Below are positions 33,575 to 42,030 of a DNA stretch of 64,000 nucleotides, in pieces. Made by a program: the position numbers and the translations under genes. Position 1 is the first letter of the stretch. Each line of letters starts with the position of its first letter. Under the pieces are notes generated by a model. It saw only the letters and a list, made by a program, of their open reading frames with translations, was not told where the DNA came from and searched no databases. This stretch comes from Candidatus Micrarchaeota archaeon (GTDB lineage Archaea; Micrarchaeota; Micrarchaeia; Anstonellales; Bilamarchaeaceae), in NCBI GenBank assembly GCA_040754495.1, contig JBFMCO010000028.1, positions 13,878-77,877 of the forward strand. Direction: 5' to 3'.

Positions 33575-35383
33575 ATGGATTTTGTCTGCAAGATAGCCGG
33601 CCAGGCCGGGGCAGGCGTTATGACCACCGGCAGGCTGATGGTGAAATGCTTCACGAGAGGCGGCTACAACGCCATAGGGTATCCCGAGTATCCGTCCCTC
33701 ATCCGGGGCGGCCACAACACCGTGCAGGTCCGCGTAAGCGACAATCCTGTGAATTCCCCGCTCCAGACGCTGGACATAGTGATTGCCCTCAACAAGGACG
33801 CGATATTCTACCACATGAACAGCATGGCAAAGGGCGGCATCATCATCTACGACCAGCTCATAGACGCAGGCAAGTTCAGGATACGGGACGACGTGAAGAT
33901 GTATCCGCTCCCGCTTTCCAAGCTGACGCAGGAGGCCGGCGGCACCGAGCAGATGAAGAACACGGCCGCGCTGGGGGCGGCGCTTGCCGCCGTGGATTAC
34001 CCCTTTGAAGTCCTGGAAGGAATCATGCGGGACGAGTTTCGGCGCAAGGGAGAGGAGGTTATAAAGAAGAACGTCGGGGCGGCCAAAGCGGGCTACGACT
34101 ACGTGAAAGGCAACGGGATAAAATGCCTGAAGACGCTCAAGCCGCTTTCCGACAAGCGGAAGATAATCATAACGGGCAACGAGGCCATAACCCTCGGGGC
34201 GATAAGGGGAGGGCTGAAGTTCTATGCCGCCTACCCCATGACGCCCGCCTCCAGCATCCTGCACTACATGATAGAGAACGAGAAGGCGTTCAACCTGGTC
34301 GCGAAACAGACCGAGGACGAGATAGCGGCCATCAACTATGCAATCGGCGCGTCCTTTGCCGGCGCCCGGAGCATGGTCGGCACATCCGGCGGCGGGTTCG
34401 CGCTCATGGTCGAGGCGCTCGGCATGGCCGCGATATCCGAAACGCCCATCGTCGTGGCCCTCGCGCAGAGGATAGGCCCGAGCACCGGCATGCCAACCTG
34501 GACCGAGCAGGGAGACCTCAGGTTCGCGCTCCACGCGTCCCAGGGCGACTTCCCGAGAATCATACTCGCCCCGGGCGACGTGCAGGAGTGCTTCTTCCTG
34601 GCGGCAAAGGCCCTGAACCTTGCGGAGAAATACCAGGTTCCGGTCATACTGATGTCGGACAAGAACCTCTCCGAGAGCGTGTTCTCTACGGAAAAGTTCG
34701 ACCAGTCGAAGGTGAAAATCGAGCGGGGAAAGATAGCGCCGGGCCTCCCGCCGCTTCCGCCAATGACGCGCTGGAAGCGGTATGAACTCACCGGGGACGG
34801 GGTGTCGCCGAGGGTATTCCCCGGGACGGAAAACGGCATCCATGTCTCGACTTCTTACGAGCATGACGAGACCGGATTCAGCTCGGAGAGCTTCATCATG
34901 CGCACGAAGCAGGTGCAGAAGAGGGCTTCCAAGGTGAAATCCATCCTGAAGGAGATGGAGGCGCCGGGGCTTTATGGGCCGAAGGACGCCGAGGTCACGC
35001 TTGTTGGCTGGGGCTCGATGAAGCTTTCCGCGCTGGATGCCCTGCCGCTCCTTGAGCAGAAGGGGATAAAGGCGAACTTCCTGCACTTTACGCATATCTT
35101 CCCGCTCGATGAGGCCGTGGTGAAGGCTGCGCTCGCCGGCGCGAAGAAGACCGTCCTGCTCGAGAACAACTCCACCGCGCAGTTTGCCGGCGTGCTCAGG
35201 GAGCACATGGGCGCGGTGATGGACTTCCACATCCTCAAGTACGACGGCAGGCCCTTCTTCCCGGAGCAGATTGCCGGGGAGGTGGAAAGGCTGAGGAAGG
35301 CCGGATACAGGGGCGACAAGGAGACTGTCGTAGTTGAGAAGGAGGACCTGGAATACTACCATCCGCAGAGGCATGGTCTTTAG
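33575..35383 (+). CDS. korA: 2-oxoacid:ferredoxin oxidoreductase alpha subunit (fused gamma-alpha)
   Basis: IAGQAGAGV, YPSLIRGG, AYPMTPAS, QTEDEIAAI, TSGGGFALM, STGMPT.TEQGDL. Confidence 0.92.
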   Translation: MDFVCKIAGQAGAGVMTTGRLMVKCFTRGGYNAIGYPEYPSLIRGGHNTVQVRVSDNPVNSPLQTLDIVIALNKDAIFYHMNSMAKGGIIIYDQLIDAGKFRIRDDVKMYPLPLSKLTQEAGGTEQMKNTAALGAALAAVDYPFEVLEGIMRDEFRRKGEEVIKKNVGAAKAGYDYVKGNGIKCLKTLKPLSDKRKIIITGNEAITLGAIRGGLKFYAAYPMTPASSILHYMIENEKAFNLVAKQTEDEIAAINYAIGASFAGARSMVGTSGGGFALMVEALGMAAISETPIVVALAQRIGPSTGMPTWTEQGDLRFALHASQGDFPRIILAPGDVQECFFLAAKALNLAEKYQVPVILMSDKNLSESVFSTEKFDQSKVKIERGKIAPGLPPLPPMTRWKRYELTGDGVSPRVFPGTENGIHVSTSYEHDETGFSSESFIMRTKQVQKRASKVKSILKEMEAPGLYGPKDAEVTLVGWGSMKLSALDALPLLEQKGIKANFLHFTHIFPLDEAVVKAALAGAKKTVLLENNSTAQFAGVLREHMGAVMDFHILKYDGRPFFPEQIAGEVERLRKAGYRGDKETVVVEKEDLEYYHPQRHGL

Positions 35384-36259
35384 GTGATTCTTATGGCCAT
35401 CATGGACTTCAACGTCAGGGAAAAGAGCCAGTGGTGCATCGGCTGCGGGGATTTCGCCATAGTGGGCGGCCTTAAGCAGGCGCTTGCCGAGCTGAATATC
35501 CCGCACCACCAGGTGGCGATATCGTCGGGCATAGGGTGCAGCGGCAAGACGCCGCATTACCTGAACGTCTACGGGTTCGAGGGCCTGCACGGCAGGTCCC
35601 TCCCGGTCGCATCAGGAATCAAGCTCGCGAACCACAAGCTGACCGTGCTCGCCATGGGCGGGGACGGCGACGGCTACGGCATCGGGGCCGGCCATTTCGT
35701 GCATATCATGAGGCGCAACTACGACATGACGTACATAGTCCATAACAACCAGATATACGGCCTCACGACCGGGCAGGCTTCCCCGACCACGCAGCTCGGC
35801 ATGAAGACCAAGACCACGCCCGGGGGCGTCATAGAGATGCCCTTCAATCCGATGGCGGGCGCCATCATTGGAGGCGCTACGTTCGTCGGGAGGGCTTTTG
35901 CGGGCGACCTCCTGCACATGAAGGCCATGATGAAGGAGGCGATTGCGCACAGGGGATTCGCGCTTCTCGACGTCTTGCAGCCATGCGTCACGTTCAACAA
36001 GCTTAACACATACGATTTCTTCACCAAAAGATGCTACAAGCTCCAGGATGCCGGGCATGATTCGTCGGACAAGCCCAGGGCGCTCGATAAGGCGATGGAG
36101 GACTTCCGCTCGAATTACGAGAAGATTCCGGTCGGCGTATTCTACAAGGAGAGCAGGCCGACCTACGAGGACAGCCTGCCGCAGCTGAAGGAGAAGGCGC
36201 TTGTGGAGCACTCGCTTGATGGGATAGACATCTCGCCAGCGTATGCGGACCTCGAGTAA
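35384..36259 (+). CDS. korB: 2-oxoacid:ferredoxin oxidoreductase beta subunit
   Basis: WCIGCGD, SGIGCSGK, LHGR, GGDGDG TPP motif, NNQIYGLTTGQASPT, QPCVTF. Confidence 0.92.
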   Translation: MILMAIMDFNVREKSQWCIGCGDFAIVGGLKQALAELNIPHHQVAISSGIGCSGKTPHYLNVYGFEGLHGRSLPVASGIKLANHKLTVLAMGGDGDGYGIGAGHFVHIMRRNYDMTYIVHNNQIYGLTTGQASPTTQLGMKTKTTPGGVIEMPFNPMAGAIIGGATFVGRAFAGDLLHMKAMMKEAIAHRGFALLDVLQPCVTFNKLNTYDFFTKRCYKLQDAGHDSSDKPRALDKAMEDFRSNYEKIPVGVFYKESRPTYEDSLPQLKEKALVEHSLDGIDISPAYADLE

Positions 36260-36262
36260 GCA

Positions 36263-37105
36263 TCAGGCAGGCTTTGGCGGAGGCTCCTCTCCGTCCCAGA
36301 CGCTCCAGTCATAAATTGCATTCACCGGTATCCCTCCACGGACCATGAAGGTTTTTCCGTATTCGCATCTGACGCCCATGCATTCCGGGTCGGCGAAAAT
36401 GCTCCTGCTTTCCATTAGCCTTGGAACGTCTATATGGAACCGCACCTGCACCTCCCCGGTTCCATAAACCGAACCCCCCATGTCCCCGGCATCCTCCTCG
36501 TATTTCTTCAGGTACATGAACGATTTTGCCGGTTCGGTAATTGCCGGGTTGATTATTACGCCCCCTTCAAGGGCGCTTATGAAACTGCGGAAAGATGAGC
36601 GGTCGGGGCGCAGGTGGCCGTCGAAAGCGAATGCCGCCCGGTCATGGTTCAGGAAGCGGTCGGGAAGCGAGAGCGGAACCAGGTGGACAAGATAGGACGA
36701 CTCGGCATCCATATAGTCTTCCACGCTCGGGGGGCCTGCCTGTCCCGGGCGCCTGCTCATCAGGGCTTCTTCATACGCCCGCTTCCACCTGCGCATCTCT
36801 GCCAGCACTTTTTCCCTGAATTCCGGCGGAACCGCGTCTATCAGCCTGTATTCGTAGATAATCCCCAGGCGTGCGGCCTCTTCCCTCCGCCTTTCTATGA
36901 AACCATATGAGAAGAGGGTCTCAGAATCCGATTCATCGAAAGAATCCCATGGCATGCATTGCCGGTACGGATAAGCGAACTCAGGCAGGCTGACTTTTTC
37001 CGGCTTTATCGGGTCCGGCTGGACCTTGTGCCTGTTTTCAAGTACCCTCGAAAGGGCGGTTTTTACCTCCCTCCGAAGAGCTGCTTCCCGCTGTCTGCCA
37101 TACAT
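36263..37105 (-). CDS. Hypothetical protein; C-half may have an ADP-ribosyltransferase/Tpt1-like fold
   Basis: 280-aa ORF; HL..., FMYL, IDVPRL, GGIPVNAI pattern (weak). Confidence 0.65.
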   Translation of the reverse strand: MYGRQREAALRREVKTALSRVLENRHKVQPDPIKPEKVSLPEFAYPYRQCMPWDSFDESDSETLFSYGFIERRREEAARLGIIYEYRLIDAVPPEFREKVLAEMRRWKRAYEEALMSRRPGQAGPPSVEDYMDAESSYLVHLVPLSLPDRFLNHDRAAFAFDGHLRPDRSSFRSFISALEGGVIINPAITEPAKSFMYLKKYEEDAGDMGGSVYGTGEVQVRFHIDVPRLMESRSIFADPECMGVRCEYGKTFMVRGGIPVNAIYDWSVWDGEEPPPKPA

Positions 37106-37202
37106 ATTGTTATATTTAATGGTAAAATATTATAAATCAACCCATAACAGCGCCTGCGGCAATAAGCAGGATAAAATAGTTATCGGGGGCAGAACCATTA
37201 TC

Positions 37203-40200
37203 GTGCAACTAGTCCCGCGGGCGTACCAGCTCTCAATCTACGAGTCCATCAACAGGCACGGCAACACGCTAGTCGTACTGCCGACTGGCCTTGGCAAGAC
37301 GCTGATCGCCCTCATGCTCATCCGGGACAGGATGAAAACCGGGAGGTGCCTTTTCCTCACGCCGACAAAGCCCCTTGCGAAGCAGCACCAGCATTCTGTC
37401 ATGAAGACCCTGGAGCTGCCGGACAAGAACGTCGTGCTTGTTACCGGCGAGGTGAGCCCGAAGAAGCGCAAGGAGATGTACCTTACCGATGTGATTGTGA
37501 GCACCCCGCAGACGATAAAGAACGACCTTGAGAACGGCGTGCTCGAGCCGAAATTCTCCCTTGTCATATTCGACGAGTGCGTAGCTGCTGATACGAAGGT
37601 TTTGTTAGCAGATGGCTCGATGGCTCCGATATGGAGGATAGTTAAGGAAAGAAAGCCGGTTTGGGTGAACTCGTATAATGAAAAAAGCGGGAGAATAGAG
37701 CCGAAAGAGGTCATAGGTTTCCATCGTATCCCCTGCAAAAAGAATTTTGTCAGGGTTGAGGCCGGCGATACGCTCGTAGATTGTACCGAGGACCACCTTT
37801 TTTTATGCCAAAGCGTGGACGGGGTCGAATGGAAAAAAGCATCCGAATTGGACGGGGGGACTTCAGTCCTTGTACAGGAGGCATTCCAGGGGAAAGGAGG
37901 GGGTGTAAAGATCTCTTCCGCACCACTAGTCAGCGAGGCGGCTATAAAAAGCACCTACACAGGCAACTGGAACCGGGCCAAACAACATTTTTATAGAACT
38001 ATTGAAAAATTGCAAAAAGCAGGGATATTTCCTTTCACATACCAAAATCCGAATTGCCTGACCATGGCTAGGCTTTTTGGCTATGCACTTGGCGACGGGT
38101 GGCTGACCAAAAAGAATGGGCAGGCCACATATTTAGGTTTCTGCGGGCCGACGGATGATTTAAGGCTCGTTGCGGAAGACCTGGATTCCCTTGATAGCCG
38201 ATACTCAAACATAAGCAGCAGAATGACAAACTCGCTGGTATCAGGCCCATACGGGGATGTGACGATAAGGGGACGCTCCGAAAGCTTCCTCTGCGCTTCA
38301 CCACACATTGTCCGAATTACTTACGCTCTTGGCTTCCCTGTGGGGGATAAGGCAAAAACAGAGTTCGCATTGCCTAATTGGTTAATGAATGCGCCATCCC
38401 CGGTAGCACGTGCGTTTCTCTCTGGATTGATATCAGCCGAATGTCATGTGCCCACACCAAGAGGAAACGGACGGACAATCTTCGCAAGCAAATTAGCATT
38501 CTATAAAGATAAAAAACTCGAGACGAACGGTAGAATATATGCGAGGGACCTGGTGGCTTTGTTTAAAAAAGTAGGCGTCAGGGCAGTTTATGCGATAAGA
38601 AAAGGGAATAAAAGAAAAGATAAAACAGAAACCTTGAAGTTTGAGATAACAATTGGAAACTCTCTTTCGAACCAGCTTGCATTCCTAGGCAATGTCCCTT
38701 TTGCATATTCGAAGAGAAAATCCTCAAAAGCAGGTTCCATACTTGCCTACTTGCAAATGAAAAGGGAGGCGCTTTGTGAGAGGGAGCGCTACTGGAAAGC
38801 CAGTAAAAAACTGCACGCCAGTGGTTTGAGTGCCAGTAAGATATCAAAAAAACTCGGAATAGCAGCGCATACAATTGAATCATGGTTATACTTGGGAAGG
38901 AAACCCACCCAGACAAGCATATTGGTTCCCTCCTTCAACGAGTGGATTAGCCATAATCGCGACAATAGCGCAGCTTCTTTTCCACGGCTGCAGGTAAAGA
39001 AAGTAACGAAGATAAAGAGACCAAAATACGTATATGACCTGAGTGTCAGGGACAATCATAATTATTTTGCCAACAATGTCCTGGTTCACAACTGCCATCG
39101 TGCAGTAGGAGACTACGCGTATACAATCGTAGCGGAGAAGACGCGCGGGCCGGAGACGCTCTTCGTCGGCCTCACCGCCTCCCCGGGAGGGCAGATGGAC
39201 CGCATACGGGAGGTCATGAAGGCCCTTTCCATCGAGAACGTGGAGATAAGGGGCCACGACGACCCGGACGTCGCGCCGTACGTGCAGAAGAGCACGGTGA
39301 GCTGGGTGCCGGTGCCCCTTTCGGACCATTTCAAGGACATAAAGAGGGAGCTCGACCCGCTCGCATCCAAATACGCCGAGCGCCTCGCCTCGATGGGATT
39401 CCCGCCGCCCCTCAAGCACAAGGGCAAGTTCATGCAGCTGCGCGAGCGCATCCTGAACATCCCGCACAACATCAAATATCCGGCGCTCGTCGCCTATTCG
39501 GTCCTCCTGCATCTCTTGCACATGACCGAGCTGCTCGAGACGCAGGGCGTCTATCCCCTGCGCGACTATTTGAAGAAGCTGGAGGAAAAAGACAGCAAGT
39601 CGGCCAGGCTCCTGCTCCACGAGCCTGGCCTCGCGCGCATCAGGGCTCTTTGCCAGAAGGATGAGGACCACCCGAAGATGCCCGTCCTCATCGACATGGT
39701 GAAGAAGCTTTCTGGGAAGAAGATGATTGTCTTCGTGCAATACCGCTCGCAGATTGCCAGGATTGAGGAGGTCCTTAATTCGAGCGGCGTGAGCGCGAAG
39801 CGCTTTGTCGGCAAGAAGGACGGCGTCACGAAAAAGATGCAGGAGGAGACCATCGCGGATTTCCGGGAGGGGAAGTTCGACGTCCTCGTCGCTTCGAGCA
39901 TAGGGGAGGAAGGGCTGGACATACCGGCCGTGGATGCCGTGATATTCTACGAGCCTGTCCCGAGCGAAATCCGCAGCATACAGAGGCGCGGGAGGGCAGC
40001 GAGGCTGAAGGAAGGGCAGATAATCGTGCTCATGACCAAGGGCACGAGGGATGAGTACTACTATTACGCGGCGAACAACCGCGAGAAGAGGATGAAGAAA
40101 ATCCTCGGCGGCATGCAGAGGGCGAAGAAGAAGCCGGGATTCGAGAGGGCGGATGCGCTTTCGAAGGATTCGGAGAGCGATGCGCAGCCCCGGGTGCCGG

Positions 40201-40340
40201 AGCCGGGAGGGCTGAAAGCGGAGGCTGGAAACCCGGAACCGGAAACCATAGGGCGGAAGCCGCCCTTAACCGTGGGGCCGGGGGCGGCGGCAGGAAAACG
40301 CAAGCAGCCCCCGAAACAGACGAAGATGACCGATTTTTAA
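37203..40340 (+). CDS. hef: Hef/FANCM-like SF2 helicase (intein-containing), no C-terminal nuclease, ends in a PIP box
   Basis: PRAYQ, LPTGLGKT, DE^CH, GLTASPG, SIGEEGLDIP, IQRRGRAAR; C-terminus KQTKMTDF; GTG start inferred. Confidence 0.9.
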   Translation: MQLVPRAYQLSIYESINRHGNTLVVLPTGLGKTLIALMLIRDRMKTGRCLFLTPTKPLAKQHQHSVMKTLELPDKNVVLVTGEVSPKKRKEMYLTDVIVSTPQTIKNDLENGVLEPKFSLVIFDECVAADTKVLLADGSMAPIWRIVKERKPVWVNSYNEKSGRIEPKEVIGFHRIPCKKNFVRVEAGDTLVDCTEDHLFLCQSVDGVEWKKASELDGGTSVLVQEAFQGKGGGVKISSAPLVSEAAIKSTYTGNWNRAKQHFYRTIEKLQKAGIFPFTYQNPNCLTMARLFGYALGDGWLTKKNGQATYLGFCGPTDDLRLVAEDLDSLDSRYSNISSRMTNSLVSGPYGDVTIRGRSESFLCASPHIVRITYALGFPVGDKAKTEFALPNWLMNAPSPVARAFLSGLISAECHVPTPRGNGRTIFASKLAFYKDKKLETNGRIYARDLVALFKKVGVRAVYAIRKGNKRKDKTETLKFEITIGNSLSNQLAFLGNVPFAYSKRKSSKAGSILAYLQMKREALCERERYWKASKKLHASGLSASKISKKLGIAAHTIESWLYLGRKPTQTSILVPSFNEWISHNRDNSAASFPRLQVKKVTKIKRPKYVYDLSVRDNHNYFANNVLVHNCHRAVGDYAYTIVAEKTRGPETLFVGLTASPGGQMDRIREVMKALSIENVEIRGHDDPDVAPYVQKSTVSWVPVPLSDHFKDIKRELDPLASKYAERLASMGFPPPLKHKGKFMQLRERILNIPHNIKYPALVAYSVLLHLLHMTELLETQGVYPLRDYLKKLEEKDSKSARLLLHEPGLARIRALCQKDEDHPKMPVLIDMVKKLSGKKMIVFVQYRSQIARIEEVLNSSGVSAKRFVGKKDGVTKKMQEETIADFREGKFDVLVASSIGEEGLDIPAVDAVIFYEPVPSEIRSIQRRGRAARLKEGQIIVLMTKGTRDEYYYYAANNREKRMKKILGGMQRAKKKPGFERADALSKDSESDAQPRVPEPGGLKAEAGNPEPETIGRKPPLTVGPGAAAGKRKQPPKQTKMTDF
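37578..39092 (+). mobile_element. 505-aa intein with LAGLIDADG homing endonuclease, in Hef motif II
   Basis: CVAADTKVLLADG N-terminus, block B DCTEDHLF, LFGYALGDG, FLSGLISAEC, VYDLSV..NHNYFANNVLVHN|C; visibly AT-richer than the flanks. Confidence 0.95.
40190..40250. repeat. Heptamer repeat copy inside the Hef C-terminal linker (in frame)
   Basis: ggaaacc cggaacc ggaaacc encoding GNPEPET; near-identical to 45386-45406. Confidence 0.55.
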
Positions 40341-40364
40341 ACACTATTATATAGTTTTAATAAC

Positions 40365-40892
40365 ATGCGTTCAGTAAGGCTCGCCTGGAGCGCCGGGGCA
40401 GGCGCCGAGAGGCGCTACGGGGCCTGGGAGAAGACGAAGGCATTCGCCCGCGCGGCAGTCCGGCTGGAGGACCCCCTCCTGTCGGTCGCGAAGAGCGGCC
40501 TTCTCGGCCTCCACGACATTCCTGATTCGAAGTGGGACTCGTACCGGAGGCGCTGCCGCAGGAAAGGCGTCGTGTTCGATGAAGCGGAGGAGGAGTATTT
40601 GTGGGCTTCAGGCGCATACAGGTTCCTGAAAGCCGGGAGGGAAGAGAGGGAGCAGGCCCCGAGGACGCTGAAGATATTCGACAGCTACCGCAAAATAAGC
40701 GGCCGCCTTGAATCAGCAGGCGGAGCCGAAATTCAAAGGCTCACCGTGTTCCTGGACGACTTGTGCGCCATGGCGGACATCCTGGCCCAGTCCGGAGCCG
40801 TGAATTCTAAGGACGGGCTTGAAGACCTTTCCACGGTCCTGCTGCTGCACTCTAGGTTTTCTTCACGCGGCTCACGCTCGTCTCAAGGATGA
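40365..40892 (+). CDS. Hypothetical protein
   Basis: 175-aa ORF after an AT-rich promoter-like stretch. Confidence 0.6.
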   Translation: MRSVRLAWSAGAGAERRYGAWEKTKAFARAAVRLEDPLLSVAKSGLLGLHDIPDSKWDSYRRRCRRKGVVFDEAEEEYLWASGAYRFLKAGREEREQAPRTLKIFDSYRKISGRLESAGGAEIQRLTVFLDDLCAMADILAQSGAVNSKDGLEDLSTVLLLHSRFSSRGSRSSQG

Positions 40893-42030
40893 ACGCAAGC
40901 TCGTCCTCCGAGAACTCGTAGAAGTCCATCAGCGCGTGCGGGTTCTTCTTGCCGAACTCCTTGAGGAGCGGGAGGTAGCCGAGCGAATGGCGCCTGCTCG
41001 CATGCACTTTGGCGCCGATTTTCGAGCCAATCGCCTTCAGCATCGCCCTGCGCTCCACCGTGCGGGACATGTTCCGCAGGTAGGTCGGGAAGCTGTACTT
41101 GGTGAATTTCCTGTATGCGCCCGCTTTCGCGAGCGCGACGCCCGCGGTAGACAAATCTATGGAATATTTCAGGAGCTGCCAGTTGGTCCTCCTGATGCGC
41201 CCGTCGAAGATGTCGGCTTTGGAGAGCGTGGCGTATGCGCGGGCGATTTCGTCGGGCTTCTCGTATTCCGCGGGGATGTTCTCGTCTATCCACAGCTTGA
41301 TGAGGTCGTAGTCTATTTCCCCGCTGATGGCCTCGCGCACTGCCGAGTAGCTCTCGGCCTTGAGGATGCCGCGGATAATCTCGAATATGTCCTTCTCATG
41401 CACCCTTGCAGTCGGGCCGAGCGACTGCAGGTCGGTCAGGGCCGCGCGCATGTCGCCTTCCGCGCGCAGGGCGATTTCATCGATAACGGCAGGCGCGAGG
41501 GGGAGCGACTCGGCCTTGGCAACATGCTCGAGATGCTTCTTGAGCGAGAGGCGGTTTATGCGCTTGAGCTCCACGATGTCGCACTCGGAGCGGATGCCGG
41601 AGAACGTCTTGTCCCAGATGTCCGTCGCGGTGACGATGGCCGGGCACGGCGCCTCCGCGAGGAATCCCTTTATGGCTGCCCCGCCTCCGCTGTCGGCCCT
41701 GCCCGCAAGCACGTCCGCGTCGTCGATGAGGATGAGCTTCTGCCTGCCAAATAAGCTGCCGGCCATGGCGGACTGGCCGAGGATGCGCTCGACACGCTGG
41801 CGGTTGCGCAGCTCGCTCGCGTTCATCTCCACCAGGTCGAGGTCGTATTCCTGCTTAAGCGCGTAGGCGATGGACGTCTTGCCGGTTCCTGGAGGGCCCC
41901 ACAGGAGAATGGGCTTCCTGCGCTTGCCTGCAACCCACTGCAGGAGCCACTGGCGGATGTACTCGATTTTTTCCTGGTTGCCGACTATCTCCCCGAGCTT
42001 TTTCGGCGCGTATTTGACTGTGAAAAGCAT
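40852..42030 (-). CDS. rfcL: Replication factor C large subunit
   Basis: KYAPKK, GPPGTGKT, EMNASELR, ILIDDAD, GDMRAAL, WIDENIP, SKADIFDGRI. Confidence 0.92.
   Translation of the reverse strand: MLFTVKYAPKKLGEIVGNQEKIEYIRQWLLQWVAGKRRKPILLWGPPGTGKTSIAYALKQEYDLDLVEMNASELRNRQRVERILGQSAMAGSLFGRQKLILIDDADVLAGRADSGGGAAIKGFLAEAPCPAIVTATDIWDKTFSGIRSECDIVELKRINRLSLKKHLEHVAKAESLPLAPAVIDEIALRAEGDMRAALTDLQSLGPTARVHEKDIFEIIRGILKAESYSAVREAISGEIDYDLIKLWIDENIPAEYEKPDEIARAYATLSKADIFDGRIRRTNWQLLKYSIDLSTAGVALAKAGAYRKFTKYSFPTYLRNMSRTVERRAMLKAIGSKIGAKVHASRRHSLGYLPLLKEFGKKNPHALMDFYEFSEDELAFILETSVSRVKKT

Noticed and set aside
33398-35590. 730-aa minus-strand ORF
   Set aside because: Antisense to korA; no independent motifs
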